From Felis catus (lineage: Eukaryota), in contig NC_058385.1 of the NCBI RefSeq assembly GCF_018350175.1, positions 75,020,001 through 75,084,000 on the forward strand: DNA of 64,000 nucleotides, in the 5' to 3' direction. Made by a program: the position numbers and the translations under genes. The notes below the pieces were generated by a model. That model searched no databases. It was not told the origin of the DNA and worked only from the letters and a program-made list of their open reading frames with translations. Below, piece by piece: positions 32,855 to 45,200 of the stretch (the first letter of the stretch is position 1; every line of letters begins with the position of its first letter).

Positions 32855-33802
32855 CACACATCTCACCTGGGGGGCGGGGGGTGGGGTGCCAGCTTGCACT
32901 GCGTCCTCAGCCCTCCCCACGCTGCCTCATCAGAATTATACGGCGTATTCTCCGCGACTTGCTTTTTTCCCCTCGACACGACCGTCACGAGATTCGTTCA
33001 GTCTTGCACCTTTCTGCAATTCCTTCATTTTCAGTGCTGTATACTTTTCCAGGGGGTGAATACAGCACACTTGGAAAAAACCCATTTCTGCTGGGAATGG
33101 ACTTTTCAGGTGTTTCCAATTTTTACTGTTAAAATTTGTGCAGATGTGGACAACCCTCTACAGGTTTCTTGGGGCAATCGTGAGACTCTCCAGGGATCTA
33201 CCCGGAAGTGAAATTGCTGGGGCAGACTCACACATTATCTCCAGCCCCATCCGTGATGCCAGATTGCGACCCACAGTGATTTTTATCAAATCCCACACTC
33301 ACCCAGCGTCGGTCGGGAGGAGGGATTGCCCCATTTCCTCGCAGCATTTACTGTCGGATTCTATAATTTTTGTTAATCTGGCAGATGCGAAATGACATCT
33401 CATTATGGTTTTATTTTATGTCTCCCTGCTGACTAGAGAGGATGTGTTTGTTTTTGTACGTTGATTGTTCCATTAATTTTGCCTTTTCTGTTCAACAGAA
33501 TCTGTTTTGTCCATGATTCTACTGAGCTGTTTGTTCTTATTGATTTGTAGCTTATTGCATATCCTGAAAAGTCATTTGTTGTCAATTTCCTACGTACAAA
33601 TATTTCTTCCTAGTTTTGGCTTATCTTTACACCCTCTATGGCTCCTTTGGATAAATTGAAGCTCTTCAGTGTGATGTAGACAATTTTGTCTATTTTTGTT
33701 TTCTTTATTGTATGTGCTTTTGTGTCGTGTTTAATAAATCCCTTCCTAGTTTAAGGCTGTAAAGCTACTCTTCCGTGCCTCCCTTTAAAATTTCTACAGT
33801 TT

Positions 33803-34026
33803 CATGGCGCCTGGGTGGCTCAGTCAGTTAAGCATCCGACTTCGGCTCAGGTCATGATCTCACGGTTCGTGAGCTCAAGCCCCGCGTCGGGCTCTGTGCT
33901 GACAGCTCGGAGCCTGGAGCCCGCTTCGGATTCTGTGTCTTCCCCTCTCTCTGCCCCTCCCCTGCTCATGCTCTGTGTCTCTCTGTCTCTCAATAATAAA
34001 CGTTAAAAAAAGTTAAAAAAAATAAA
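33803..34026 (+). mobile_element. Can-SINE
   Basis: Perfect 17-bp TSD taaaatttctacagttt at 33786-33802 and 34027-34043. Confidence 0.96.
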
Positions 34027-36009
34027 TAAAATTTCTACAGTTTTACCTTGAACCTCACAGAGTAGGGGCTCCTGGAACTGATATCTGTAAATCATGTGAC
34101 AAGGGGGTCCTAGTTAAAACATTTTCCTACATGGATGACAGTCATCCCGGAATCGACTCTTTCCCCTTGATCAGTTATCAGGTTTTCATAGATGAAGATT
34201 CTGTCACTGGGCTCTCTGTTCAGTTCCACCCTTTACCCACAGCACGCGGTCCTCATCCTTAGAGCTTGATATCAAATCTAGATATCTCATAACCTAAGTT
34301 ATATCACTGATTCTTCCCCTGGAATGTCTCAGCTATTTCTGTTGCTTTGCTTTGTCATTTATATTTTATAATCAGCTTGCTTGTCAAATTCCACCAAAAA
34401 ACCCCCAAAAAAACTACCTTGTCATGATTTGAATGATATGATTCCTAATCATGGTCTCATAATGTTTTATATAATGCACATAAATCCACATACACTTGCT
34501 TATTCACAGAATACAACACATCTAACCCACGGTGCCCATACGTAGCAAGTTTTTTGTGTGAATAAATGAATGAATGAAGAATCAAAGTTCTCTCTTCAGC
34601 TGAGGTTCACTCTTCGATAAAACCCCAAACGTATGGCATGACAAATTGTTCATCTTTTGGAAGGATCCTTCATTGCATACAAGACGAGGGGATGGAGTAG
34701 CTGTCATTATCTGAGCACCTACTGTGTGCCTGGAATGACGCCAGAAAGAAAAAAAGGGACAAAGAGCCATTTTGGAATCTTGTAAAAAGTCAAGCTCCCT
34801 TCGTACTTTTAAAACAAGATGCAATTTTCAAAAAAATAGTATCCATAGCCATCGTCTCAGGGCCGTGTGGCTTGTGGACGTCTCTTCCTCAGGCTTCCGT
34901 GTGTGTGTGGGCTTCGTGAGTTACTCCCAGGGCTGACTGGCCGGAGACTCTGTGTGTGTGTGACCCAGCCATGCCCAAGTTGGAAGCCTCATTCAACAAG
35001 GCTCACAAAAGATAAGCAAATTAAAGAGCCACTCCCTTCCAGGAAGCTGGTGCCTTAATTTGGGGAATCTCAGGAGAAAACACACATGCAAGCAATTTAA
35101 AGAAAAGGGGGAGGGGGGCAGGATTTATCTCTTGATCTTTAACTCCACTCGTAGGGTAGTCTGACACCCAGACTTACCCTTGGCCAACAACGGGTGTTGG
35201 GCTGAATGGCACCGAGAACAAAAAGCCTCGGGCTTCACTTCCCGAGCTTGAAGATCCCCTGCTTGTCGGGCAATAGATGCACACGTGCTCTCTGGAGTAG
35301 ACGGGGTCGTCATCTGCCCTGGGGATGGAAGTGACGAGGCTCACCTCCGATGAGGGCATTTGGAGGCAGCGGGCTGATCTCCCGCGGAACACTTCCGGTA
35401 ACATGTCCTGGAAATTCCAGATCATTTGTCCATTCGCTCAGCAAACGAGGGACAGACAGCGAGGGCTGGGGGTGGGCAGCGAGGCGAGACCTCGGGGTCT
35501 GCAGGAGATATGACCCCCCTTCACACCCCCCCACCCCCCAGGAGAGTCCCTGGTACTGCTCAGGTCCTTTCTTCACAGAGGCTTGGGGGCATCTCTTCAG
35601 GGCTCCCGTGGCTTGTCTTCCGGGGGAAATTAAGAAAGGGAAACTGGGTGGGGCGCACTACAGTCCCCAGCACTCAGGCCGTAAAAGACCATCATCGTCC
35701 CCCTCCCCCAATGCTCCTTCCAGACCCCCTTCACCCTCAGTCAGCACCGCAGTCTCAGTCACTTCCCTGCTGGGTGACCCAGACCCTCATCCCTGCCAGG
35801 TCCATCATGTTCCGTCACATCAAGGCTGCTGCGCTTCTGTTCACAATTAATATAAGGCAAGGTGTATCAGGGATCGAGGACCCCAACGGGCCAGGCATAT
35901 GCTCCCTGGCCGGTTGTGTCTCAGAGACGCAGCATCCCTACCCCTTGATCGGTCTGCCATCCTGGCCGGGATGGCTCCTGCTCTTGCCCAGCTGGACCCT
36001 CGGCAGCGA

Positions 36010-36290
36010 GAACCGTAGCTCGTAATTCCACGGTCTCCCCTGGGGGGTTGCCCTGGCTGAGGAGGGCCACCAGGCCCAAGGTCGCACCTCCTGCCGGGAA
36101 GAGGGCGCACCATGACTGATCAGGGGTGAGGCACCAAGACTCGGTTTCCACATCTCATCTCAGGGCAGCTCCGTAGGGCTGCCTCAGCTTTCGAGCTCCC
36201 TGGGGGGTTGGCTGGGCCTCTGTCAGGACGGAGTCACAGCTCGGCTGCTCCCTGGGCCCAGTTCTGCTTCCTTACCCGTCCTTCTCGCAG
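36010..36290 (+). mobile_element. LTR16-like ERVL LTR fragment
   Basis: gggttgccctggctgagg...cccaaggt, cagctttcgagctccc...ggctgggcctctgt, ttctgcttcctt. Confidence 0.55.
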
Positions 36291-36364
36291 ATGCACATTT
36301 GGGATTGCGATGCACATTCTCATACCAGAGAAGGGTCGGTGGTAGCAATATCTTCGTGGAATAA

Positions 36365-36900
36365 GTCACTAATTCATTTGTTCACTCATTTCTTCATCTA
36401 CTAACTTATGCCGCCGTTGCTTTTTAAAAAGTTTTTTAAGGGTATTTATTTTGAGACAGAGCCTGGCCGGGGAGGGGCAGAGAGAGAGAGGGAGAGAGAG
36501 AATCACAAGAATGCTCCGCCCTGTCAGCTCAGAGCCCGATGCGGAGCTCGATCCCGTGAACCGTGAGATCACGGCCTGAGCCGAAATCAAGAGTCAGACG
36601 CTCAACTGAATGAGCCACCCGGGTGCCCCTGCGGTTACTTTTTAAGCTCCACCTGTGTGCCAGGGTCTACACTAAACGCCGGAGGAATTAAATTGTAAGA
36701 CACGGCCTTCTGACGGAGACAGACATGTAAACAAGAGAAGTAAAACTGTGATTTGAAAAAGCTCTAGCAAAGTCGTGCATAGAAACTGTAAGAGCCTAGA
36801 AGGGGAAACGATCACCTGCCTGAAGGAGGATCGTCTCAGGTGGGGCATTGTAGGTGGGGCATGCAGGATGAGTAGGAGTTCGCCAAATGAACACGGCTTT
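36365..36900 (-). mobile_element. L2 fragment interrupted by a SINE
   Basis: attcatttgttcactcatt...tgtgtgccagggtctacactaaacg...gcaggatgagtaggagttcgcca. Confidence 0.6.
36421..36629 (-). mobile_element. Older Can-SINE
   Basis: gagccgaaatcaagagtcagacgctc variant; degenerate TSD. Confidence 0.9.
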
Positions 36901-37479
36901 TAGCTCAGGCTAAGGAAATGCAGGATGTGATCACAGCAAGACAAGCGGCCTGGAGAGGTCCACTTTCGGTCTTCAGCACGATTTTTCCATAATGCTTCTA
37001 AGACTGTGGCTCCGGGGATGCTGGTAAAGAGAAAACAAAGGCTCCCAGGGGGTCTGGGAGGATTGTGTCAGGGAAAGAGGCTTGGGGATGACAGACACGG
37101 GAGAAGGCACTCAAGCAAAAGGCTGTCTAAAAAGTCATTATGGGCTTTTAAGTAAATTCTCAATTATAATTATTCTAATGGCTTTAATAAGTCTGCAATT
37201 TGGAGCGATGATGCTCTAATGTGTCAGCTGCCATATGCCTCGATGAAAAACTTTCTTTTTCCCTTTGAAAGCCAATATTAAGAGGGCACCTGCCATGGTG
37301 AATTCTGCCAATGTCTCACCCCACGGAGGTTGGGACCTCTTATCACATGTAATCCCAAGTCAGACCCCGAGGTGCCGATCGCAGCCCCCAGCCCCCAGAG
37401 CTGTCTCCCCTGGGCTCTACAACTCCTGGCCTTCGGTGACTAGAGCAGAGATGTGCCGGTGGGGATCAGCTATCGGGTT

Positions 37480-37620
37480 AGATCTGGATGCAAACCCCAC
37501 CTCTGCCTCATGGTAGCTAGGGAGCTTCCGGCCAGCCGGTTCCCCTCTCTGTGCCTTGGTCTTCTCACCCGTCGGATGGGCGTGATCGCAACACTCACCT
37601 CACAGTGCCGGCACGAACGA
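37480..37620 (+). mobile_element. MIR
   Basis: tccctctctgtgccttggtcttctcacccgtcggatggg. Confidence 0.6.
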
Positions 37621-37936
37621 CCCCATGCAAAGTCCCTACTTGCCCTTAAAGGGGGCTTTTTCCATTCGAGGCAAACTGCATTTTTGCAGATGAGAAAGAA
37701 TCAACCCGTTGTACAGTGCCATTTGGCAACAAACTGCTAACACAGCCGGCGGTCAAAGGCCAGTGGAAAGGGCTCTTCTTGAAGTCCGGAAGTGGCCTGC
37801 CTTCTATTACTTGTGTGGCTGAGAGCAAGGTACCCTCCAGCTTGAGGGCTCTGTCACCTGTTTCTCTACTCCCTCGCAGCTCTTCGTCCAGATCCTTCGT
37901 GGCAAACGTTGTCAATCTATTCAAGGCTCTGCTCGG

Positions 37937-37981
37937 AGAGGATTCCCTGAGTCCTCAAAGAGGATTCCCTGAGTCCTTCAA
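37937..37981. repeat. 2 x 22-bp tandem repeat
   Basis: agaggattccctgagtcct(t)caa twice. Confidence 0.93.
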
Positions 37982-38469
37982 AGAGCTCCTGCTTCGCTGT
38001 CCGGCCCCCGGAACACCGCCTTGCTGGTTTCCATTGTGGCCTTTGCCATCGGACGTATCGACGTGTTTACTTATTAATCGTCTGTCTCCTCCAATCAGAA
38101 CACAAAGTCCTTGGGAACAGAGACAGCAGTTTTGTTCCCTGCTGCACCTCCGCGTCCTATAACGGCACCTGGTGCAGACCGGGAACATGATACCTAACTG
38201 TTGTGTAGACGCGGAGCGGACGTTTCTTAATTTCTCCAAACTTCTGAGTCTTCCTGGGAACGGAAGCACCTTCCCCCGAGGGTTATGCAGAGACAGTTTA
38301 TATTAAACGCCCAGTGCGGGGCCTGGCAGGGCTTGCAGGAGAGGATCAGCCGACGGCTCTGATGACGGTATTCAGGCCCATCCAGCCCTTGTGGCTGGGG
38401 CAGGCCTCTGCGTCCGACCCCACTGCTAAAAGCCTTTGTCAAAGGAGGATGACTTGGGCCCTTGTTTCC

Positions 38470-38625
38470 CCTATCTGGCTGCACATCACAGTCACCTGGG
38501 GCGCTGTACGAAAACACAGCTGTCCGGATCCCGCCGCGGTCATTCTGACCCAGGTCTGCGAATTGGAGTCAGGAATCCGTGTATTTTAAAGACCGGAGCG
38601 GCCATGACATTTCCCGTTCAGACGG
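38470..38625. mobile_element. MER5-like hAT MITE
   Basis: ggctgcacatcacagtcacctgggg...caggaatccgtgtattttaaa. Confidence 0.65.
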
Positions 38626-38972
38626 GAGGCGACTCCAGAGAGAGACGTCCTGGTGCCCATGTTTCAGGACAGGTCATTTCATTACAACAGGGAATAAACC
38701 CTTACTGAGCCAGGGAAGGGCCAGGTATGAAAAGCACATTTATAAGTGAGGGAAAAGGAGTGAAGGGCTATCCCGCAGAGAGAACTTGCTGGAAGGGAGA
38801 TAGTAACGTGGTGAGATCGGGAGCCGAGCCCAGCACCGCGCCCCCCACCCCGCACGCCCGGAGGGCACGTTTCTGCAGGCCACGCCGCTAGACTCGATGT
38901 GATCCCTACGCTTCTTTCAATCTCGATGCCGCTGGGGAGCAGGTAGGCAGTGAGCGTGTACGATGGTGAGGC

Positions 38973-39177
38973 TGTTTGCATTTCTGAGTGTTTAATCTTT
39001 TAATTATGACTCTTGGAGTTTTCACAGTGTAAAGCTAATAAGCAAACACACGGCCTCTTTCTTGCACTTCACTTCGTGCACAGGGTGTTTACACAACTGT
39101 GAATCCCCACGGTGCAAAATACTGGGGCCAAGAGGTAAACCCACTGGGTAAACAAACTCAAATCGCTCCGTGTTTAC
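38973..39177. promoter_or_regulatory. Homotypic forkhead-motif cluster (candidate enhancer)
   Basis: Five G(T/C)AAACA sites at 38973, 39042, 39086, 39148 and 39171. Confidence 0.4.
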
Positions 39178-39235
39178 AATAAAATAAGTGTATACAAAAG
39201 TATCCGGGCGGTATTTTCTGAGTAATTATCTAGAT

Positions 39236-39387
39236 GCGTGCTGTCCAATGCTGTCACCATTCGTCACATGTGGCTCTTTAAATTTAATTAAAACTGAATT
39301 AAAAATCCCGGTCCTCGGTTGCACTCACCCCGTTTCAAGTACTCAGCAGCCACATGGGTCCGGGGCCGCGCCGTCTGGACAGCTTAG
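39236..39387. mobile_element. MER3-like hAT MITE
   Basis: gctgtccaat...cacatgtggct...tttcaagtactcagcagccacatg...tggacagc. Confidence 0.8.
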
Positions 39388-40316
39388 CTGGAGTTCGTTC
39401 TCATCACAGCAGACGCTTCTACGCAACAGTGAGTGCTGATGTAAATTTCCAAGAAGTATGTGTTTTAACTCTTTAAAAAAGAAAATTCCCACTGTCAGGG
39501 TAGGATGGGTATCTGCAACCCATGATCTATGCCCAACGCGTGCTAAAACCCAACACAGGGCAAAAGCACAAAACATTGGTGTCATTGAGAACCTTGAGTC
39601 TCAGCAAGTCTTCATAGTGTCCTTATTATCCCGGATATTTAAGAAGAGGCTGTCAGTTACCGCTAGGAGAACCCTGCCTGTACGTTGTGCGGATAATAAA
39701 AGAAAACGTGACTTTGGGCAGATGTCTGGAAGTTTTCTCCCAAAGGGTGACTTTGCTGGTGCAGGGAGAGCATAGCAAGGAGGGACCCTGGATCTCTGCC
39801 GCCTCCCTCCCTCAAGAGGATGGCTGTACCGCTCCCAGCCCTCAGAGAGCCCAGGAAAGCATCCAGCGTGGGGTTAGAATCTGCACTGCTATTCTGCAGG
39901 AAGCATAACCGTATTGAATTTGAGAGTGCTGGTCACCTGAACCCACGCTCTCTCTCTACTCCCCCTAAGAACGCCCAGCTGGGGTTGGACAAAGGGGACC
40001 GTGCGCCCTCACAGTTAAGCCTCGGGATCTGGCAGCGAGATCTGCCTGTGTGGCATCGGTTCAGTGATGTCACCTCGCAGAGCTGCGGTTTTCTCGTAGG
40101 GAAGGAGGGGTGGCCATGGGCCTATCTGGTGGAGCTGTGTTAAGAGGGAAATGGGACGGTGCTCGCAAAGCCCTGAATCCAGCCCCCGCCTCGTGGCGCA
40201 CACGTAATCAACGGTTTATTGTAACGTGTGCTCATGGGTTTATAGGTCAGGCCGCCCCAGGCGCCAGTCTCCGCTTTGCTACTCATTAACTGCCGGCTTC
40301 CCTCAATCTATTTGCG

Positions 40317-40317
<1 letters not shown>

Positions 40318-40346
<29 letters not shown>
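40318..40346. repeat. (GT)n microsatellite
   Basis: Direct reading. Confidence 0.95.
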
Positions 40347-40347
<1 letters not shown>

Positions 40348-42281
40348 GATTTCCTCATCTGTAAACCATGAATGGCGCTCCCTGTGTGCAAGTCTGTCAT
40401 GAGAAGCAGATGAAACAAAGTCAAGGAGCAGTGACGTGCTGGACCCACAGTAAGAGCTCCTTTGAGTGCCCTTGCTTTTCTTCAGCTAAGATACATCTTT
40501 GGGAGCAACACGTTTCCAGTTACAAGCTTTTTCAGTTTCCCTGTTAAGGTCAAGACGGGGCTAGACCACGGCGAACCTCGGAGGACTGCCCTTTCCACCG
40601 TGCGCTGTGTTCTGTCCCAGCATTCCTTCTACTTCCCGGAGGATGTGGGAGAGGCCATTCTCTATCAAGGGGTCTCTGCTGGCTAAAAATACCTGAGAAC
40701 TGAGGACAGGTCAGTGGGTAAGAACAGAAAACCTCGTCTGGGCTTGTTGTTGGATCTTCGACTTCTTACCCCGAGGGCGCCCAGCTCGCCATGAGGCTGG
40801 GTCCGTGCAGGAGCCGGGCCTGTGTGCAGGTAGGAGAGACCCTGAGAGATTCGAGAATCTGCTGCTCGGGCAGCAGGGGATGGAGCTCTGGTCTTTTCCA
40901 CCGTTCACCCCCAGAGTGCCAACCCTGCACATTTCCCTGGGCTTTTGGTTACCCATGTGATTTCACTACGCCCCAGGGCAGCAGGTGGATGGGGGGAGGG
41001 CGGAGGTTTCTAACCCCCACTACACAGACATGGAAGCCGACTCTCACTCAGTGGTCAAGCTGGGATGGGGGACGTCAGGATCCTGGTTTTGTTTGCCTTT
41101 GTTTGTTTCCATTGTAACTTCCTTCTTGCGGTCTCAAACTTTGGGGTTCCCTGCAGCTTTCCCCCACCTTCCTCCCATCCGCCCCTAGCCGACCCCCGCC
41201 CACAGGACACCTGCCCTGCCCTTAACCGCCCCCCCCACCCCCGTCTCCTCCAATACCTCACCTTCATAGTGTAGCTGAAAGAAATGTAATTTGACCAAAA
41301 TAATTCTCTCCAAAGGTTTAACGACTAATATTTCCCAGTCAAGGAAGTTTTGAAAGAAACGATTGATTTATTCTAATCAGATCCCGCTGTGGTGAGTTCA
41401 GACACGCAGTATCACAGGTCCTGCATCAAGAGCCAGAGCGCGAGGCACTGCTTTGCCGCGTGTTGGCTGGTGACGTCCGGGTGGCTTCTCAGACCTGAGC
41501 TGCCGTCTCTTCGTGTATGAAATGAGAGCCCTGTGCCTTCAGAGAGCTCTTGCAGCCCCAGGCTGCTGAGACCCTTGGAAATGAAGACAAGCATGGGAAA
41601 CTCTGAAGAGTGAGCTCTCTTGGCCCGTCCTCCTCCCCCGGTTTTGCAGAAGATGCTCCTGGCTTTGGAGTCAGTACCAAGACTGAGCGTGATCTGCCTC
41701 TTTGACACCCCATTGCACCTTCCTTCCTGGGGAGCTCTGGGCAAGCAGACCCCAAGAGTCTCCCCCGCTCTCTTGGGAAATCCCTAACTATTCTCTTTCC
41801 TTTTCCTCCAAGGGATCTCCCACTCTCTTGTGGACCAAACCTAAAGGTTTTCTCCTGCTAAGAGTCCTGAACATTTGTCTCCATGCCCGCTCCTGGAAAT
41901 AGCCTGCCCGTGTCCCCTCAAATCCAGGAGGCACGGTGACTCTGTGCGTCCGCGTGTCTTTGGTTTTTGACACAGATGCGAAACCTTGAGGCAGTGGAGT
42001 CAGGCTGCGATGGAGAAGAGCAAACTCTCTGTAAAGGCGAGCACCGAGCACAAATTAATACTGCAGATCTGCCACCAGCATGCATGTGTGTGCGTCGGCC
42101 AGGGGCTGATGACTACGATTCATCGCTCTTCAAACATGTATTTAGACCTCCCATGACACACGTCATCTGTGCAAATTGCTTTATGGTTAATAGAGCACTG
42201 TTCAGGTTCAAACACTGAATTAGTCAAGGTTCTGCTGGTGATGAACATCTAAAACCAGTAGTGCTTAACTCATTGGGGAAA

Positions 42282-42283
<2 letters not shown>

Positions 42284-42315
<32 letters not shown>
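42284..42315. repeat. (GT)n microsatellite
   Basis: Direct reading. Confidence 0.95.
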
Positions 42316-42317
<2 letters not shown>

Positions 42318-42446
42318 TGGGAATCACTGGAAAGATGCTAGGGCAGTTCAGAGAAACAACAAAAAATATAAACATCTTAGACACAGAGGGCAAGAGTCTG
42401 GGGAATTTGAGATAGAATCAGTCAGGGTTAAGTTGGGTAGAACCAT

Positions 42447-43025
42447 TGTAGATCTTTTAAACAGAAGGTATAATAAGAAATATACATTTGGTCTCTGTCC
42501 CTGGTTCCTGACACAGAGCTTCAAAATTCCTCTGTGCTGGCACACCTCAACTCCACAGGAATAGAAGCTCCTCTCTAGACCCTTCTCGACCTCGCCTGTA
42601 AACCTCTTCATCTGGCTGTTCTTTGTATCGTTACTATATTCTCTTTAAGAACTTGGTCAGTAACCATTTCCCCGAGTTCCCTGAGCCATTACAGCAAATT
42701 ACTGAAGCTGAGTAGGGAGTGGTAGAAAAAACACGGATGTCTAGCCAGGTTGGACAGACGTCGTGGGCAAGCTGGGGACCCACTGCTTGCGATTGGCATC
42801 TGAAGTGGGGGGCAGTGTCGTGGGGCTGAGCCTTAACCTGCGGGATCCACACTAACTCCAGGCAGGTAGAGTCGGAAGCCAGTTCACTTGCAGCTTACCC
42901 ACTTGGTGTCCAGAGAGAAGCGAATTGCCTGCTTGTGCAAGCGTCCACACAGTTAAGTCTGCAGAGAGGCGTGGTGCCCAGAGTTGAAGGTAATTGGGGA
43001 AAACATCAGCCTGTTTTGCCTGACA
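42447..43025 (+). mobile_element. MER21-like LTR
   Basis: aagaaatatacatttggtctctgtccctggttcctgacacagagct, cttgcgattggcatctgaagtggggggcagt; TG...CA ends. Confidence 0.85.
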
Positions 43026-43488
43026 TGACGGAAAAATGTAGCCCAGAGGACAAGACACGAAGGAGCCTGTGCCGTCACATAGTCACAAAGCGTATGGCCT
43101 CTGCCCTTGCTAACAAAGATAGCATCACTGCACACATTGCTGAGATGTTTCACAGACCTGGATCAGGGAAGGGAAAGACCCCTGACCGCAATCTTGATGC
43201 AACCAGACGGAATGGCACCAGAAAGACAAGTCTGTCTTGAGGTTTACCCAATTCCTGACCCATCGGAAAAGCAGGCAACCCCAGGCCCTTTACCTTTGAG
43301 TTTTGCCCTTAAAAACTCTCACTTGCAAGCCATCGGGGACTTGGGGACCTTGAGTGTTAGCTCCCTGTTCTCCTGGGTGGTGCCACGCCAGCAAACAGCC
43401 TGTCTTTGTTCACGGCAAAAGCTTGGCATCAGCTTTTTATTGGCTTCCTGTGCAGCGGGTGGACGAACTCGCGGTCGGTTTGGTTACA
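43026..43488 (+). mobile_element. MER34-like ERV1 LTR
   Basis: cttaaaaactctcacttgcaagccatcgggga..., terminal ggtttggttaca. Confidence 0.65.
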
Positions 43489-43569
43489 CTTGGTTTGGAA
43501 AAACCCACCCTTTGGGAGTCCGAGTATTGAGAAGTAGAGGATGGGAGAAAGTGGTTTACTAATTTACTA

Positions 43570-44000
43570 TTTAATACAGGGAAGTGCTTCTATCGGGGAT
43601 GCGACAGGTGAGAGTCCAGAGGATGATGGAACCCCCCTGCCCAAGACTAGCAATGGCAAAAAGCCCACCTCCCCCAGGGCCAGATGGAAAACAGGAAGAG
43701 GTGGTGACAGCCAGCATCAGAAGTGGGGACCCTGCAGCAGAAGCGAGAGCCATGGTGGGGGCTGTTCCATCAGATGCCGGGATAACAGGGTGAGAGGCCC
43801 TGAAGATACCCACACAAGAGATGAGGCCACTGCTGAAGACACAGCGGAAATAGCAAGGTGTAAGAAATGCCTGAGCCTCCCTTTCAATGCTTCCCACTGT
43901 CTGAACATGCCCAGTGACAGCTGGCATCAGAAGCTGGGAAGCACATTCCCCTGCGTGCAGAGCAGACGGAAGGTCTGGAAGGAGACAGACACATGCCCAG
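43570..44000 (-). mobile_element. Possible LTR33-like ERVL remnant
   Basis: cttcccactgtctgaac...cagctggcatcagaagctgggaagcac resembles recalled LTR33; weak. Confidence 0.35.
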
Positions 44001-44177
44001 CTTGGAAAGCTCAGCTGTCCTGGCTCCTTAGAGGGGCTCTAGTCAGCCACTCCTACAGCCTGACTTGAATCCATGAATCCCGTCAAGGTTCAAGTTCCCT
44101 AGCCAAGGATGCGATGGCCCCAGCTTGGTTCAGGTGGTCCCTCTGCTCAGCTGTGGCCAAGGCCCCGAGGCACAAGG

Positions 44178-44403
44178 GGTTTTGTTTTGATTTTTTAAAT
44201 TGTTTTAAAGTTGATTTATTTATTTTGAGAGAGAGAGAGAGAGAAAGAGCCGGGGAGAGGCAGAGAGAAAAGTTGAGAGAGAACTCCAGGCTGTCAGCAC
44301 AGAGCCCTACGCGGGGCTCGATCCCACAAACCATGAGTGAAATCATGACCTGAGCCGAAATCAAGAGTTGGACGCTTAACTGACCAAGCCAGCCCGGTGC
44401 CCC
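44178..44403 (-). mobile_element. Older Can-SINE
   Basis: TSD gaggcacaagg at 44167-44177 and 44404-44414. Confidence 0.93.
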
Positions 44404-44579
44404 GAGGCACAAGGATTTCAGGGGAGCTGTTAAGACCCCGCTCCAGACAGGGTCGCTGTAGATGCAACCCTCATTTGACGGCCTGGGCAGTGGTCTTTAT
44501 TTTCAGCTTTACTTTGCAAACCAAGATACCAAAGCTCTGTAAGATGGAAAATTTCCCACCTATTGTGTGACGGTCCACA

Positions 44580-44740
44580 GCCACTTGGAGTCACGTGGAT
44601 CTGGGTTCAAATCATGACTTCATACTTCACTGGCTGAGTGACCTCGGGCTTACAGTGTGACCTCAGTGTTCTCGTTTGTGTAAAGGGAGTGGCAATATAG
44701 ACCTCATTGCGTTTTGGGAAGATGTAATGAGATAGACACA
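44580..44740 (+). mobile_element. MIR
   Basis: ggatctgggttcaaatc...gctgagtgacctcggg...cctcagtgttctcgtttgtgtaaaggg. Confidence 0.75.
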
Positions 44741-44742
44741 TG

Positions 44743-44743
44743 T

Positions 44744-44778
<35 letters not shown>
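44743..44778. repeat. (CA)n microsatellite
   Basis: Direct reading. Confidence 0.95.
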
Positions 44779-44779
<1 letters not shown>

Positions 44780-44979
44780 CTAAGAAATCTGGTGCTCAGA
44801 ACACCAGCTCCCAGCTGCTTTTGTCTGCATGCCGTGACCCAGTTAGTTCATAGAAGGCTTTAGCCACGTCAGTGAGAGCTTCCCCATTTCATCGAATAAG
44901 CATGTTCTAATGCACAGGGTTGCCCAGAGCGATCAGCATTACATGGGAAGATGGGGTTCGGACCCTCCAACCTATGCAT

Positions 44980-45200
44980 TGCCAACACGGAGTGGAGGTG
45001 GGGGCAAAACTGTTTGGGGGAAAAAATATCTTACTCTCTGGTGGATAAGGCACAGATATACATGTGGAATATAAACAAATATGAAGTAAATCTTCGGTGT
45101 TAAAATCTCATGGTGGGGAGGCGGGGATCGGGGGAAACTATCTAAAAGCCTCACTAGGCAGGCAATAAATGATGTGTCCTCAGGTCCCCCTGGACTTTCT
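44980..45200. mobile_element. Possible hAT-Charlie MITE remnant
   Basis: gggggcaaaa...ggggaaaaaatatctt...ggtgttaaaatctcatggtgggg; family not assigned. Confidence 0.3.

Larger units (their letters stand above)
31640..34420 (-). mobile_element. Old L1M (MD/ME-like) remnant interrupted by an LTR and a SINE
   Basis: cgtataaatggaat, gaaattgctgg, gaaatgacatctcattatggttt, tttaataaatcccttccta; boundaries approximate. Confidence 0.65.

Noticed and set aside
43541-44068. 175-aa ORF
   Set aside because: No recognisable domain or splice context; overlaps a probable LTR remnant
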